From Owenia fusiformis (Eukaryota): a stretch of 64,000 nucleotides of DNA. A program made the position numbers and the translations under genes. The notes beneath the pieces were generated by a model. It was not told where the DNA came from, ran no database searches, and saw only the letters and a list, made by a program, of their open reading frames with translations. Each line of letters starts with the position of its first letter. Positions within the stretch are counted from its first letter, which is position 1. Of the stretch, positions 13,334-25,000 are shown piece after piece. The stretch lies in the NCBI GenBank assembly GCA_903813345.2, contig CAIIXF020000001.1:22630001-22694000 (forward strand). Direction: 5' to 3'.

Positions 13334-16300
13334 ATGTATGATCTTGGCTGTAAAATTAAAGAATATGAAGAAAGTAAAACAGAATCAGAACTAAAGAAAC
13401 AAGCAGATCTAATGTGTGAACTGGGTGATGAGTTCATAGAATCAGCTGAAACCTCTCCAACCTGGTATGAACATTATGTCTGGGCATCCGGGCTCTTTAA
13501 TGCTGCTAGGTGTCGTCTTGAGAAACAACCAATTCAACCCAATAGTCCATCCACACTGATGTCTTTATTGCATAGATTTAGAAGATGGTTTAAGATTGAT
13601 TATGATCTCAAATACATTGATCAAAGAATACAGCAAATTGATACTAACTTCCTAAATAGACTGTCTAAGAAGAATACAAGGTCTACAAATGAACTTACAA
13701 AGAAGTACAAAGAGGCACTTGAAACAATACGGAACTACTCAGAAAACACTGTGAATGACATCATTGACAATGACATGGTTGTAGATGATGTTACATCAGA
13801 GATCAAGCCTGAATATGAAGACAAAACAATAGAACACAGTAAGGTCTACTATAACGATCTCACAGAGAAGCTTTTAGAATTTTATAGGTCAATTATCACA
13901 AATTGTATGTCTGTTTTAGATCTTCAGAATTGTAAATACAGGGTTGCTATTATGGCTTTAGGGTCACTGTCCCGTAAGGAAGTGACAGCTTATTCTGATA
14001 TAGAGTGGGCAATATTGTTTGATCCATTAGGCCAGCCAGATGCACAAGTTAGAGATGGGTTACGTATGTTAGTTTATTATGTCCATCTCCATGTACTCAA
14101 TCTAGGCGAGACCATTTTGAACAATCTCGACATTCCCGTGTTAACAAACTTTAATAACAAATTGCTACCAAGACCTAAAATGACTGATGTGAACTTTTGG
14201 GACAATGTTACAACACGAGGTGTCTCCTTTGATGGAACACACCCTTCAGCAAGTAAGACACCAATAGGACGAAAATCAAGAAAGAACCTTACGAAACCAG
14301 AAACACTAGAACTTATAATGACAATAGATGAAATGACCAAATACCAATTCACTGATGAATCACTAAAAGAGGGGTATCGTCTCAGTGATGTGTTGATGAA
14401 CTCAGCATTGATCACAGGAGATGAGACCCTCTGGCATGATTACAATGACAAGGTTCATAACATATTACAACAAAAACATTCCAAGAAACCAAACATGTCA
14501 ATAGGTGCAGAAAGGGCCATGAAAACACTAAATGATGACTTAAAGAAATTTCTTGAAAAGCCGCTTACTAGTGAATCATTTAGTAAGGCAATGCATGCCA
14601 AACATGATGTGTATAGATTAGCAACCATATCCATAAACATCCTTAAGCTACTACATGGTTGTAAATCCTTTGCTCCCTTAGATGTCTTAGAGGAATTATT
14701 TGAAAAAAACATCCTAACTGAAAGAGCCAAAAAGGATTTGCAACTTATGGTTTGCATTGCAACCAATCTCAGACATATGGTATACAGTAAATATAAACAA
14801 CAAAAAGAAAACATATCATTTTTGTTTAGCAAATCTGATAAAGATTCAATAGACTCGGCAAATGTTTTACCTGTTAGAGGATACACTGCAATTATTCAAT
14901 TTTACACTGTATTCATGCCATGGTCTCAATTTTTGATCTCTCAGAAAAACAACACTGAGGCATGGAAACATCAAGAATGCTACATGGAAGATAGCAATGT
15001 TGTTAAAGGTGAATTATACAAAGACATGAATTTTTCAAAAAAGGCAGTATTTGCTTATCAAAGAGAATTAGAAAAGCAAAAAAAAATTGCTGAACATGAA
15101 AATAAACAAGTAATAATCTCCCTTCAACTTGAACTTGGTTTATTATACCAAACACGTGCTGAGTTTAAAGATGCTTTGCAGATTAATAATGAGGCTCTGG
15201 TAATTTGTAAGACAATTTATGGAGGTAACCCACACCCAGATGTAGCAGGATCCTTACATAATATAGGTCTTGTGTATAAGAAAATGGGAGAGTATATCAA
15301 AGCAATGAAATATTATGAAGATAGTTTATCAATGGATATGAAGATCCATGGAGATAACCCCCACCCAAGTGTAGCAACATCCTTAAATAATATAGGTTCT
15401 GTGTATGACAACATAGGAGAGTATACCAAAGCAATGAAATATTATGAAGATAGTTTATCAATGAAAATAAAAATCCATGGAGATAACCCCCACCCAAGTG
15501 TAGCAACATCCTTACATAATATAGGTTCTCTGTATGACGACATGGGAGAGTATACCAAAGCTATGAAATATTATGAAGATAGTTTATCAATGAGGATGAA
15601 GATCCATGGAGATAACCCACACCCAGATGTAGCATCATCTTTACATAATATAGGTTCTCTGTATGACGACATGGGAGAGTATACCAAAGCAATGAAATAT
15701 TATGAAGATAGTTTATCAATGGAGATGAAGATCCATGGAGATAACCCCCACCCAAGTGTAGCAGCATCCTTACATAATATAGGTCTTGTGTATAAGAAAA
15801 TGGGAGAGTATATCAAAGCAATGAAATATTATGAAGATAGTTTATCAATCAAAATGAAGATCCATGGAGATAACCCCCACCCAAGTGTAGCAACATCCTT
15901 AAATAATATAGGTTCTGTGTATGACAACATGGGAGAGTATATCAAAGCTATGAAATATTATGGAGATAGTTTATCAATGAAAATAAAAATCCATGGAGAT
16001 AACCCCCACCCAAGTGTAGCAACATCCTTACATAATATAGGTCTTGTGTATAAGAATATGGGAGAGTATACCAAAGCAATGAAATATTATGAAGATAGTT
16101 TATCAATGATGATGAGGATCTATGGAGATAACCCCCACCCAAGTGTAGCATCATCCTTACATAATATAGGTTCTGTGTATGACAACATGGGAGAGTATAC
16201 CAAAGCTATGAAATATTATGAAGATAGTTTATCAATGATGATGAAGATCCATGGAGATAACCCCCACCCAAGTGTAGCAACATCCTTAAATAATATAGGT

Positions 16301-17239
16301 TCTGTGTATGACAACATGGGAGAGTATATCAAAGCTAGGAAATATTATGAAGATAGTTTATCAATGATGATGAAGATCCATGGAGATAACCCCCACCCAA
16401 GTGTAGCAACATCCTTAAATAATATAGGTTCTGTGTATGACAACATGGGAGAGTATATCAAAGCTATGAAATATTATGAAGATAGTTTATCAATGAAAAT
16501 AAAAATCCATGGAGATAACCCCCACCCAAGTGTAGCATCATCCTTACATAATATAGGTTCTGTGTATGACAACATGGGAGAGTATACCAAAGCAATGAAA
16601 TATTATGAAGATAGTTTATCAATGGAGATGAAGATCCATGGAGATAACCCCCACCCAAGTGTAGCAACATCCTTAAATAATATAGGTTCTGTGTATGACA
16701 ACATGGGAGAGTATATCAAAGCTAGGAAATATTATGAAGATAGTTTATCAATGATGATGAAGATCCATGGAGATAACCCCCACCCAAGTGTAGCAACATC
16801 CTTAAATAATATAGGTTCTGTGTATGACAACATGGGAGAGTATATCAAAGCTATGAAATATTATGAAGATAGTTTATCAATGAAAATAAAAATCCATGGA
16901 GATAACCCCCACCCAAGTGTAGCATCATCCTTACATAATATAGGTTCTGTGTATGACAACATGGGAGAGTATATCAAAGCTATGAAATATTATGAAGATA
17001 GTTTATCAATGGAAATGAGGATCTATGGAGATAACCCCCACCCAAGTGTAGCATCATCCTTACATAATATAGGTTCTGTGTATAACAACACAGGAGAGTT
17101 TACCAAGGCAATGAAGTACTATAATGAGTGTTTAGCTATTGAAAGGAAGGTATATGGGAGTGATTTACATCCTGAAGTTGCAAAAACTTTGAGAAATATA
17201 GCCAGATGTCAAGAAGCTCAGATTAATCAACTGAAATAG
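13334..17239 (+). CDS. Putative nucleotidyltransferase (GlnD/DUF294-like, pol-beta superfamily) fused to a 15-unit TPR array; single long coding exon
   Basis: 1301-aa ORF. Motif ALGSLSRKEVTAYSDIEWAIL (G210-S211…D222-x-E224) fits the hG[GS]x9-13[DE]h[DE]h NTase signature. A helical region ~aa 395-495 follows, then 15 x 43-aa TPR units (aa 634-1278). AATAAA at 17391. Confidence 0.85.
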   Translation: MYDLGCKIKEYEESKTESELKKQADLMCELGDEFIESAETSPTWYEHYVWASGLFNAARCRLEKQPIQPNSPSTLMSLLHRFRRWFKIDYDLKYIDQRIQQIDTNFLNRLSKKNTRSTNELTKKYKEALETIRNYSENTVNDIIDNDMVVDDVTSEIKPEYEDKTIEHSKVYYNDLTEKLLEFYRSIITNCMSVLDLQNCKYRVAIMALGSLSRKEVTAYSDIEWAILFDPLGQPDAQVRDGLRMLVYYVHLHVLNLGETILNNLDIPVLTNFNNKLLPRPKMTDVNFWDNVTTRGVSFDGTHPSASKTPIGRKSRKNLTKPETLELIMTIDEMTKYQFTDESLKEGYRLSDVLMNSALITGDETLWHDYNDKVHNILQQKHSKKPNMSIGAERAMKTLNDDLKKFLEKPLTSESFSKAMHAKHDVYRLATISINILKLLHGCKSFAPLDVLEELFEKNILTERAKKDLQLMVCIATNLRHMVYSKYKQQKENISFLFSKSDKDSIDSANVLPVRGYTAIIQFYTVFMPWSQFLISQKNNTEAWKHQECYMEDSNVVKGELYKDMNFSKKAVFAYQRELEKQKKIAEHENKQVIISLQLELGLLYQTRAEFKDALQINNEALVICKTIYGGNPHPDVAGSLHNIGLVYKKMGEYIKAMKYYEDSLSMDMKIHGDNPHPSVATSLNNIGSVYDNIGEYTKAMKYYEDSLSMKIKIHGDNPHPSVATSLHNIGSLYDDMGEYTKAMKYYEDSLSMRMKIHGDNPHPDVASSLHNIGSLYDDMGEYTKAMKYYEDSLSMEMKIHGDNPHPSVAASLHNIGLVYKKMGEYIKAMKYYEDSLSIKMKIHGDNPHPSVATSLNNIGSVYDNMGEYIKAMKYYGDSLSMKIKIHGDNPHPSVATSLHNIGLVYKNMGEYTKAMKYYEDSLSMMMRIYGDNPHPSVASSLHNIGSVYDNMGEYTKAMKYYEDSLSMMMKIHGDNPHPSVATSLNNIGSVYDNMGEYIKARKYYEDSLSMMMKIHGDNPHPSVATSLNNIGSVYDNMGEYIKAMKYYEDSLSMKIKIHGDNPHPSVASSLHNIGSVYDNMGEYTKAMKYYEDSLSMEMKIHGDNPHPSVATSLNNIGSVYDNMGEYIKARKYYEDSLSMMMKIHGDNPHPSVATSLNNIGSVYDNMGEYIKAMKYYEDSLSMKIKIHGDNPHPSVASSLHNIGSVYDNMGEYIKAMKYYEDSLSMEMRIYGDNPHPSVASSLHNIGSVYNNTGEFTKAMKYYNECLAIERKVYGSDLHPEVAKTLRNIARCQEAQINQLK
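15233..17167 (+). repeat. Coding tandem repeat: 15 x 129 bp (43-aa TPR units)
   Basis: Unit HP(S/D)VAxSL(H/N)NIGxxYxxMGEYxKAMKYYEDSLSMxxKIHGDNP with exact 129-nt period. Confidence 0.95.
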
Positions 17240-17807
17240 CATTTTCAACAGTTTTCTTACTTACTTCATCAGAAAGATAGCATTTGTGAAACATAAACAC
17301 ACATGTAATTGAACAAATTGAAGCAAAAAGCAATATTACCACACACTCTATATTAATAAGTAATAATTACATAAAAATGTCAAATATATAAATAAAAATA
17401 TAAATGTCACTATAATTTCACCCAAACCTTGATTATGACACACTGTAATATTTGCATACATTGAAAACATATTTTATTTTATTACATAATCTGACAATGT
17501 ATAACATAAAACACATTTAATGACTGACTACATACTTGCATTTATAGTCATAAATAACAGTAAGAAAACATGGTAAAGAAACAAACATCTGGCAATGTAT
17601 CACATACCAAATGTGAAATATATTTGTAATTAGAGATAGGAACATTGCATCTTTCATCAATGATTCTTCAGTGAACTGGTTAATGGACATTCACTCCTGA
17701 GTAACAACTGGAATTTCTTATCAACATTTCCAATGATGTTTAGACACTAAAAACGATGAACAGTAGATGGTGATATAGTCTAGGTGGGATATAATAGCAG
17801 GAAAGAT

Positions 17808-18045
17808 ACTGTGTAGGTGGACTTGGGGGAAGTCTGGACAGATACTGAGAAAGATAGATAACCAGTATACAATATGACTCCACTTAGTTATTGAGAAAGA
17901 TAGAGGACATACATACAACATGACTGCACTTAGTTATTGAGAAAGAAAGAGGATATACAATATGACTGTACTTAGTCTATTGGGAGTGTCTGGACTGACA
18001 CTGTGAAAGATGACATGAAATATGACTGTACTTGACAATCGGAAA
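17808..18045. repeat. Degenerate ~45-bp tandem repeat
   Basis: Recurring ATACAATATGACTGTACTTAGTTATTGAGAAAGA-like units, about 4-5 copies. Confidence 0.6.
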
Positions 18046-19017
18046 TTCTGCACATTTTACTTTCACATTGTTCAATTTTTTAATAAGATGATGTACATGA
18101 CTTGGTATAACATATGCAAATACACATCTCGTTTTCTTGTTTTTCATGTATTAGACATAGGCTCATTTGACTAACAGGAACATTTGGTTTATATACATGT
18201 TTAAATTAAAAATTAGCTATTTTACTAAACTAGTCAAATTTTAGTAGTCTGTAAAAGAAGAATGTTAAAATTAAAAGTGCAAACCAAATCTAAGAAGAAT
18301 GCCCACTCTAAATCAGAATTTGAAATATGGATTTCATATTAAACATATGCTTTGGTGAATGAACAAGGCCTTTCTAAGAACATTATTGCATATAACAGAC
18401 TGAGATTCATGCACTTTCTTACTTGAAACTTTATTGTATGACATGAAATCTTTCAAAACGTGCAAATGAAAAATATTAATTATCAATGGACAAAAATTGG
18501 AAGTTCTTGAAATTCACTTTACATTTTCCTCTCACCATGTATCTTTGTGGTGTTCTCGTACCTGTTTATTTTCAAGACATTTTAGTTTGCAACATATTTC
18601 TCATGGAATAGCTGTTTATAATTTTAAAATTTAATTTTATATTTTGAAAATTTAAAATTATATTAAACAACTGTTGCACATTAGGTTGTTACGGTAAATG
18701 CTCTTATGCCTGATTCAATAAAAGATTAAAAGATTTCCAAAATGCAACTGCAGCATCTGTTTAGGTGATACGATGAAACCATGTTCAATTTATTCATATT
18801 TGATGATATTTAGCTTGACCTAGAGAGGGAATCAAGTGACCCTAGTGCCTTAAAATGGATATTGTATATATTAACATAATGTATAGCCTATATTAATTAT
18901 TGTGTAAAAGATCTGGATCATACAGGACTATCCTTCTTTCAAGAATCATAGATATAGATATATAAGTTAGCTAAAAGCCTAAAACAGTTAAATTTCTAGC
19001 AGTGGTAAAGAGTGACA

Positions 19018-19309
19018 AACCCGAGGCCCGGGAATATAGTAATAAAAGGTATAAAAAGAATCGTATTCGCTGTAAAAAGCGCTCAGTGTGCTTTCGGAAT
19101 TGAAATTTCCATTGTATCCCATCACAAAGTGTGTCCATGTAGCCCATTAGTTTGAAAATGTAATTAGAAAGGATTTAGATTAGTATTTCTTATTACGTTA
19201 TGTCAATCATTCATCCATCTTTTTCATCTTTATTCATGTGTTAGTAGGCAAATGCATAACTTGTTACTTTTCTTTTAAAAAATTTATTACTACTCCCGGA
19301 CCTCAGGTT
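19018..19309. mobile_element. MITE-like element with ~27-bp imperfect TIRs
   Basis: AACCCGAGGCCCGGGAATATAGTAATAAA … TTTATTACTACTCCCGGACCTCAGGTT; no convincing TSD. Confidence 0.55.
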
Positions 19310-19795
19310 CAAACAATGTAAGCAGTCCAGAAGTATATTTATTCCAAGTTTTATCTAATCTTTTGCAACCACTTTATCTTTACCAAACTAACTGATAATC
19401 TAACATGTTTGTTTGGTGAATATAAAAGATGGTTTTTACTGATTGGCCACATTGTTTGCATGTCTGTACTGCGTCACCTTTAACCACTGTGGAAAACTGA
19501 TTATAATTTAGTGCACATTATTTATACAGTACATGTATATGAGATCATTAACATTTTTAAGAATGCAAGTGTTAGGGTGTATTTTCCCTTTCCTGCTGTG
19601 ACTAGAAAAAATGAATGAGTGTCTGACATGAGTATCTGACATGCCTATTAAGGCATGAGGCAAACCAAAGTTCTAAAAAATATTCATTCAGACATTTTTG
19701 TTTCAATTAAAAATGTGAAAACAATGTCTTATGAATTTTATATTTTATCTACTGTCTCACCTATTTATATATGACTTGTCAATTTTTAGTTCCTG

Positions 19796-19917
19796 CAGGT
19801 CTGTAGCCAAGGGGAGGGGTCATTTTTGACAACTTTGGGTCAGAATGGTGAAAAACTGTATGATTTTGAAAGAATTTTTATCCAGTGTTAGAACCCCTCC
19901 CCCTGGCTATGGGCCTG
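19796..19917. mobile_element. Small TIR element (CAGGCCCGTAGCC…GGCTACGGGCCTG family)
   Basis: CAGGTCTGTAGCCA…TGGCTATGGGCCTG flanked by TCCTG on both sides. Shares the core TCAGAATGGTGAAAAACTG(C/T)ATGATTTTGAAAGA with 51024-51186 and, inverted, 60799-60945. Confidence 0.65.
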
Positions 19918-21798
19918 TCCTGGTTATGCCTTTGAAAAATTATTGAATCCTCCAATACTGTATGCTTATTGACTTTTTATGGTACATGATATGAATTATG
20001 AATTAGATGGACTTACTGCCTGGAAAGTTCATTGCAAGAAAGATGAAAAGACTAATAAACACTCGCAACAAGTCATCAGTCGATAGAACTGATTTTCTTG
20101 CATGTCTTACTTAAATGGTTAATAGGAGTTTAAAAACTATCAGTAAAAACAAGCATTGTTGTGTAATCTGATATGTTGAAACTGAATGCTCTTGTATTGT
20201 TTCTATTTAGTAAAAATATCCTGTCCACTGACATGTTTCCCAAGCCTGAAGCCTTTGAAACACATCAGTGGACAGGATATTCCAGTAGGACAACGATTTT
20301 GCTTAATTTTTCATAATGTGAAAAAGTGTGATCATTTTTCAGATATTTTGTAAACTTGTATATTTTGGCAGTTTGATTTAAATAAACTGGATAGCTCATA
20401 ATAAAATTTTCAAGCACAGGACTCAATGCTTTCTGGGTGATTCATAATTAAACTGAGGCTGACAAGAAAATCCCAAATCATTGAGTACTGTGGTTAAATT
20501 GTTTACACATGGTAAACAGTTTGATAAACATTATGGAAATGAAGGTTATTTTGCATTGATATCTGGCCAAATATAATCATACAATCGCATATGTTGAAGG
20601 TCAAAAAGTTACTTTCTGCACCTCTCATATGTCTAATGCTATGTTTGATGGGCAGTGCTCAGATAGTCTATTAGTACAAAAAAACTAGCAAGGGGAGTGC
20701 ATATAATGGCCAACTGTGTTCTTGAAATTGATCAAAAATTATTTTCATAAATGATACAGAATGGTTAGCTTTATCATTGCTCAAATGAGCAAAACTTATA
20801 CAAAGCTTTCCAGAACTCAAGGTTACAAACTAAGTAAAAGATATGTTTTCAATTTCTTAATATTTTTCATATTTCAATTTATACAGAACCTGTATAACAT
20901 AATATTGTATAATATAATATAATGTACACAATAACTACAATATTTAGTTTTGACATAAAAAGGTGAACATTTGTTATAACAAAGAGTTTCACTTTCTTGT
21001 GTTTATATCTATGTTAAGATAGTCTTGTCTTGATTCACTTATATAGTATTTCTTTATCTCTATAAATTGCTTTATTATCAACTCTCACCAAGAATTGAAA
21101 ATCTTGCATATGTACTTATGCAAGAACCTCTATATACAATATATTGTATATATACACTGTAATATTTACAATTAATTCAATAAAATAAATAAATACTTTA
21201 TACAGCTGTACATGCTCTTATTGTCATAATGTCAAAAAAAACTAAAATAAGTACAACATCAAATCTGAATATACAACAATTGTAAGCTTAAAAATAATGA
21301 GTACTCTAGGTAGGTCTTGTGTAAAAAATAAATAAAAATATACAATCTGGGCATATGTGATGTATATTACTTTTGAATATGTTCAGGACGGAAGATATTC
21401 TTTACAATATGTTCAACTAAAACACTTTCCCTTTTCTGGCGAAATGTGAGACATTACGTATGTGCAGACTTATTGAATCATCATGCTACAATTATTGTCA
21501 TATTGTAGCATATTGTTCCAGTTATTGTAGCATATTGCTCCTATTGTAACATATTCATCAGCTCATCTAGCAAAGATGAAGACAAGGGACGGTCATCATA
21601 TTAAAAGGCACTTGCTTATATTATAGGAGTATTCTCATGGTAGTCCAAATAACTCAATAGTCGTTGAAACATATAAGATATTGCTTTTAACCCCCTTCAC
21701 TAACATTAGTTCCCTGAAAAACCACCAATATTTTATAAGTCCCTTATGACTATGAGATCATTAAGTGATGTTTTAAATAATCAGTGTTACAATCCACG

Positions 21799-22063
21799 TC
21801 ATCTTTTCCTTATAAGGGATGCCACATAGACCCATACAGAGAGCACTGAGTTGGGATACGCGTGTACATGCACAGCTAATGCAAACTCCACATCTGACGA
21901 TTCATTAAACCACACACCTGTAGAGTAGACAGTCTCTATAATGGGTTCCAGGTCTGTAAAAGGGAGGTTAATGGGGAAGCCAGATAGTTTATAGTTGCTG
22001 AGTATGGAGGCAAGCTCTTGTATTGTCTCATCCTGCATTCCTTTGCCTCTTGTAGCCTCCAGC
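21799..22063 (-). CDS. CC2D2A: CC2D2A last coding exon (37)
   Basis: ttccag|G CTG GAG… [12 protein letters not shown]…[12 protein letters not shown]. Confidence 0.9.
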
Positions 22064-25000
22064 CTGGAATAAACAATAGGAATACCTTAGGTCAAAATTT
22101 TCTGACAAGTCTACATCATCATATGTATGTTATAAATTATTTATCATTATATCATTATATCTCAAGGCATATATGACACAATAATGACAAAACCTCTAAT
22201 TACAAATTGCTGATATACAGTATAGGCCCTTTCCATGCAAATTTTAATTACATATGTCTGTTGAGCATTTGCGAATGGAAAATGTCTACCTACCTTGGTA
22301 GAAGAGTTCTGAAGGCCTGCATACAGAATCTGTTCCAACGTGTTATATTCCTGGGGCGCCACTCCATAATCTTTGCTTTAAGGGTCTGCTCTATCTTTGA
22401 CTGTATGTCCATCACATTCTGGGACCTTGTAGGCACATAGATCAGAGCTTCAGGCTGAAATAATAAACCATTTTAAAGTTTTTTTTTACCACGGGGAGGC
22501 CATGTCAGGTAAAATAACACATACCGCACAAATATGTGCTAAAATGTTTTAAAGAAATGTTGAAATCAGGTAACTTAAATCTGTCAATATAGTATTGAGG
22601 AGTTTTGATTAAAGAACATGTATGCACATTGAAAAAATAACTGCACTTATTATTTTACCTGTACTGAACTGAGACCAGGATTGGGGAAACTTTTGTCGAA
22701 GAAAGGCTTCCAACTTGTGTCATCTTTCAGGTTAAAGTTCATCCGACTTGGCTGATCATTCACCTGGATGTTTGCCCACACCTAGCAAAAATAAAAAACA
22801 CAATTTTGTTTTTGCACCTGACGAAAATAAAATGGATTGTTGCCTTATGTTTATAGATGTGTGTTAAACATACAAATTGATTAATTTACAATAATTTCCA
22901 TGTCATGTGAACTCAACAAAATATTTAAATACATTTGAATAACTGTCAATTGAAGAAGAATAAAAAAACAGAGATAATAGCACTTTTGTGACATGAGCAT
23001 GGTCTGTTTGAATTTAAACTTACATTGTCTTGATTCATGAGGCATCCGACACTCTGCACTGGGCAATAGTTATCTCTTGCATTGTAGCGTTCTCCTGTTG
23101 AGGCATTCCAGATCCAGTACTCATCATTCTCCTTGCTCAAAACATATGATGTCTCCCCTTCTGGTATAGCAGAACCTAAAGTCAACAACAAAGTCAACAA
23201 TGCAATCAAAATAGACATAAATATTAATGCAGTATGACAGTGTCTTGTCTCAATTTATGATCAAAATAATGAAGTCAAAAGCAAGATATGACACAGCATT
23301 AACATTCAAAATGTCACCATCTGCGATTTGTTACAGACACCGACCACCAAACGTTGAACACCAACTGCCAAATGCCAACCACCAAACACCATCCACAAAA
23401 AATTTGAGACTATAAAAATATGTCACCACCTGTGGTGGTGACATAAAAATAAAAACCCACATCCCACACAAAGAAAATGTGGATAAAATTAAGCTTCAAC
23501 TTCAACTTAAAGAAATCTATGAACTTACCAAGTAACATCCAAGCCTGTTTGCCCAAATGTAAGAAATAGTTGGTCAGTAGCATGGCATGCTCTTCTTCAT
23601 CTCCTGCCAACATTGACAGGAATTGCTGAAAAAGAAAGTGAATAACACTAGTTTTAGGAACAGTTAGTTTTCATGTACATGTATAATACTCATCTAAGTA
23701 CAGTGTACAAAGTTCTATTGACATCTTTGATACAGAAAAATACAGTACATATTAAAGATATCTTCAACTGTAATAAGCCATTATATTAATATATACTAGT
23801 ATGCAATTTCCATTTGATAACTCATAAGTGAGTATTGTACAATGTATATTACATGTAGGGTTGGAATTTAAATCAATTCATTGTTGAATTGTATTTCTAA
23901 TGTTGTATTTGTTGAAATATGATTTACATAAAAAAATGTACAGATATCAAATATTAATAATGTGTTACAACTCACGTCGCATGTACTCCAAATGTCGCAG
24001 AGACCTGGGAAGACGACACTGTCAGATATGAAAGGAATCATTGAGACAAATCTAGCACAACTCTCCTGTAAGTATATAATTATAAAACATTTAGTCTTGC
24101 TCAAAGACTATCCACCCCCCCTGTCACCTTCACTAAAATAAAAAGGGGGGGGGGGAGTACAGGGTCTTTTAAGCAAGACTATAAAACATTAAAGAAGCAG
24201 TCTACCCAAATGTTCACTGATATTGCTAAACAGTCTACTGACTGCATGATTCACTTATTGTCATAAATATTTTTGATTCAAGCAGATAATGTTTCAGTGA
24301 TAGTATAGCAAATAAAGTTCCTTCCATTTTTGCTGATATGACCATCACAACATAGTGTATAAATAAAAAACATAAAATCGAAAATCAATGTCTTTGTTAA
24401 AATACAATGAATGAATGAGAAATACATTTATATAGTCAACCTACTGTATCTTGGGGTCATAACTCAATCAGGAGACAATATATATTCCACTTAATAAATG
24501 TACCTCAAATGTGGTATCACTTGTATTTATAACATACATGTATATAATATTTTTATAGGTATTGGGAACATTTGCATCAAAATGTTCCAAGAAAACAGAA
24601 TCTGCAAAGCTGTCTGTTTTCACCTAATGGTAAGGAGCTTAGGTCTCAATATCAACTTACAGCTTGTGCCAGAGGTGCAGCATTATCATTGAGAATTTCA
24701 TCGGGTGGTTTTAAGGACTTGAAGTATCTCGTCACAAACACTGTCTTCCCATTAACATCGATAACTGACGTCGTAAATACTCGCTTTTCAAACTTTTTCT
24801 CCAGGGCAGTCTGCCAGGATTCTGCATATTCTATGAGTTTTTCGTCCTCATTTGTATCAAACTGAAATGAATATTTTGTTCATTTAAGCCTATTTGAAGA
24901 GCTATATTGAGCCAAAAATACAAGGTATGTTAGTTTCAGTGGAATATGTCTCTTATTAACATGAGCTGAATAGATCCATGTTTTAACGTCTAAAATTGTC

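Noticed and set aside
14771-14785. Active HEPN RNase motif (MNT-HEPN toxin-antitoxin-like)
   Set aside because: The sequence is RHMVY and lacks the R-x4-6-H histidine; better explained as the non-catalytic substrate-binding bundle of GlnD/DUF294-type NTases.
14077-16670. Antisense ORFs over the NTase-TPR gene
   Set aside because: Shadows of the + strand CDS and its 129-bp repeat.
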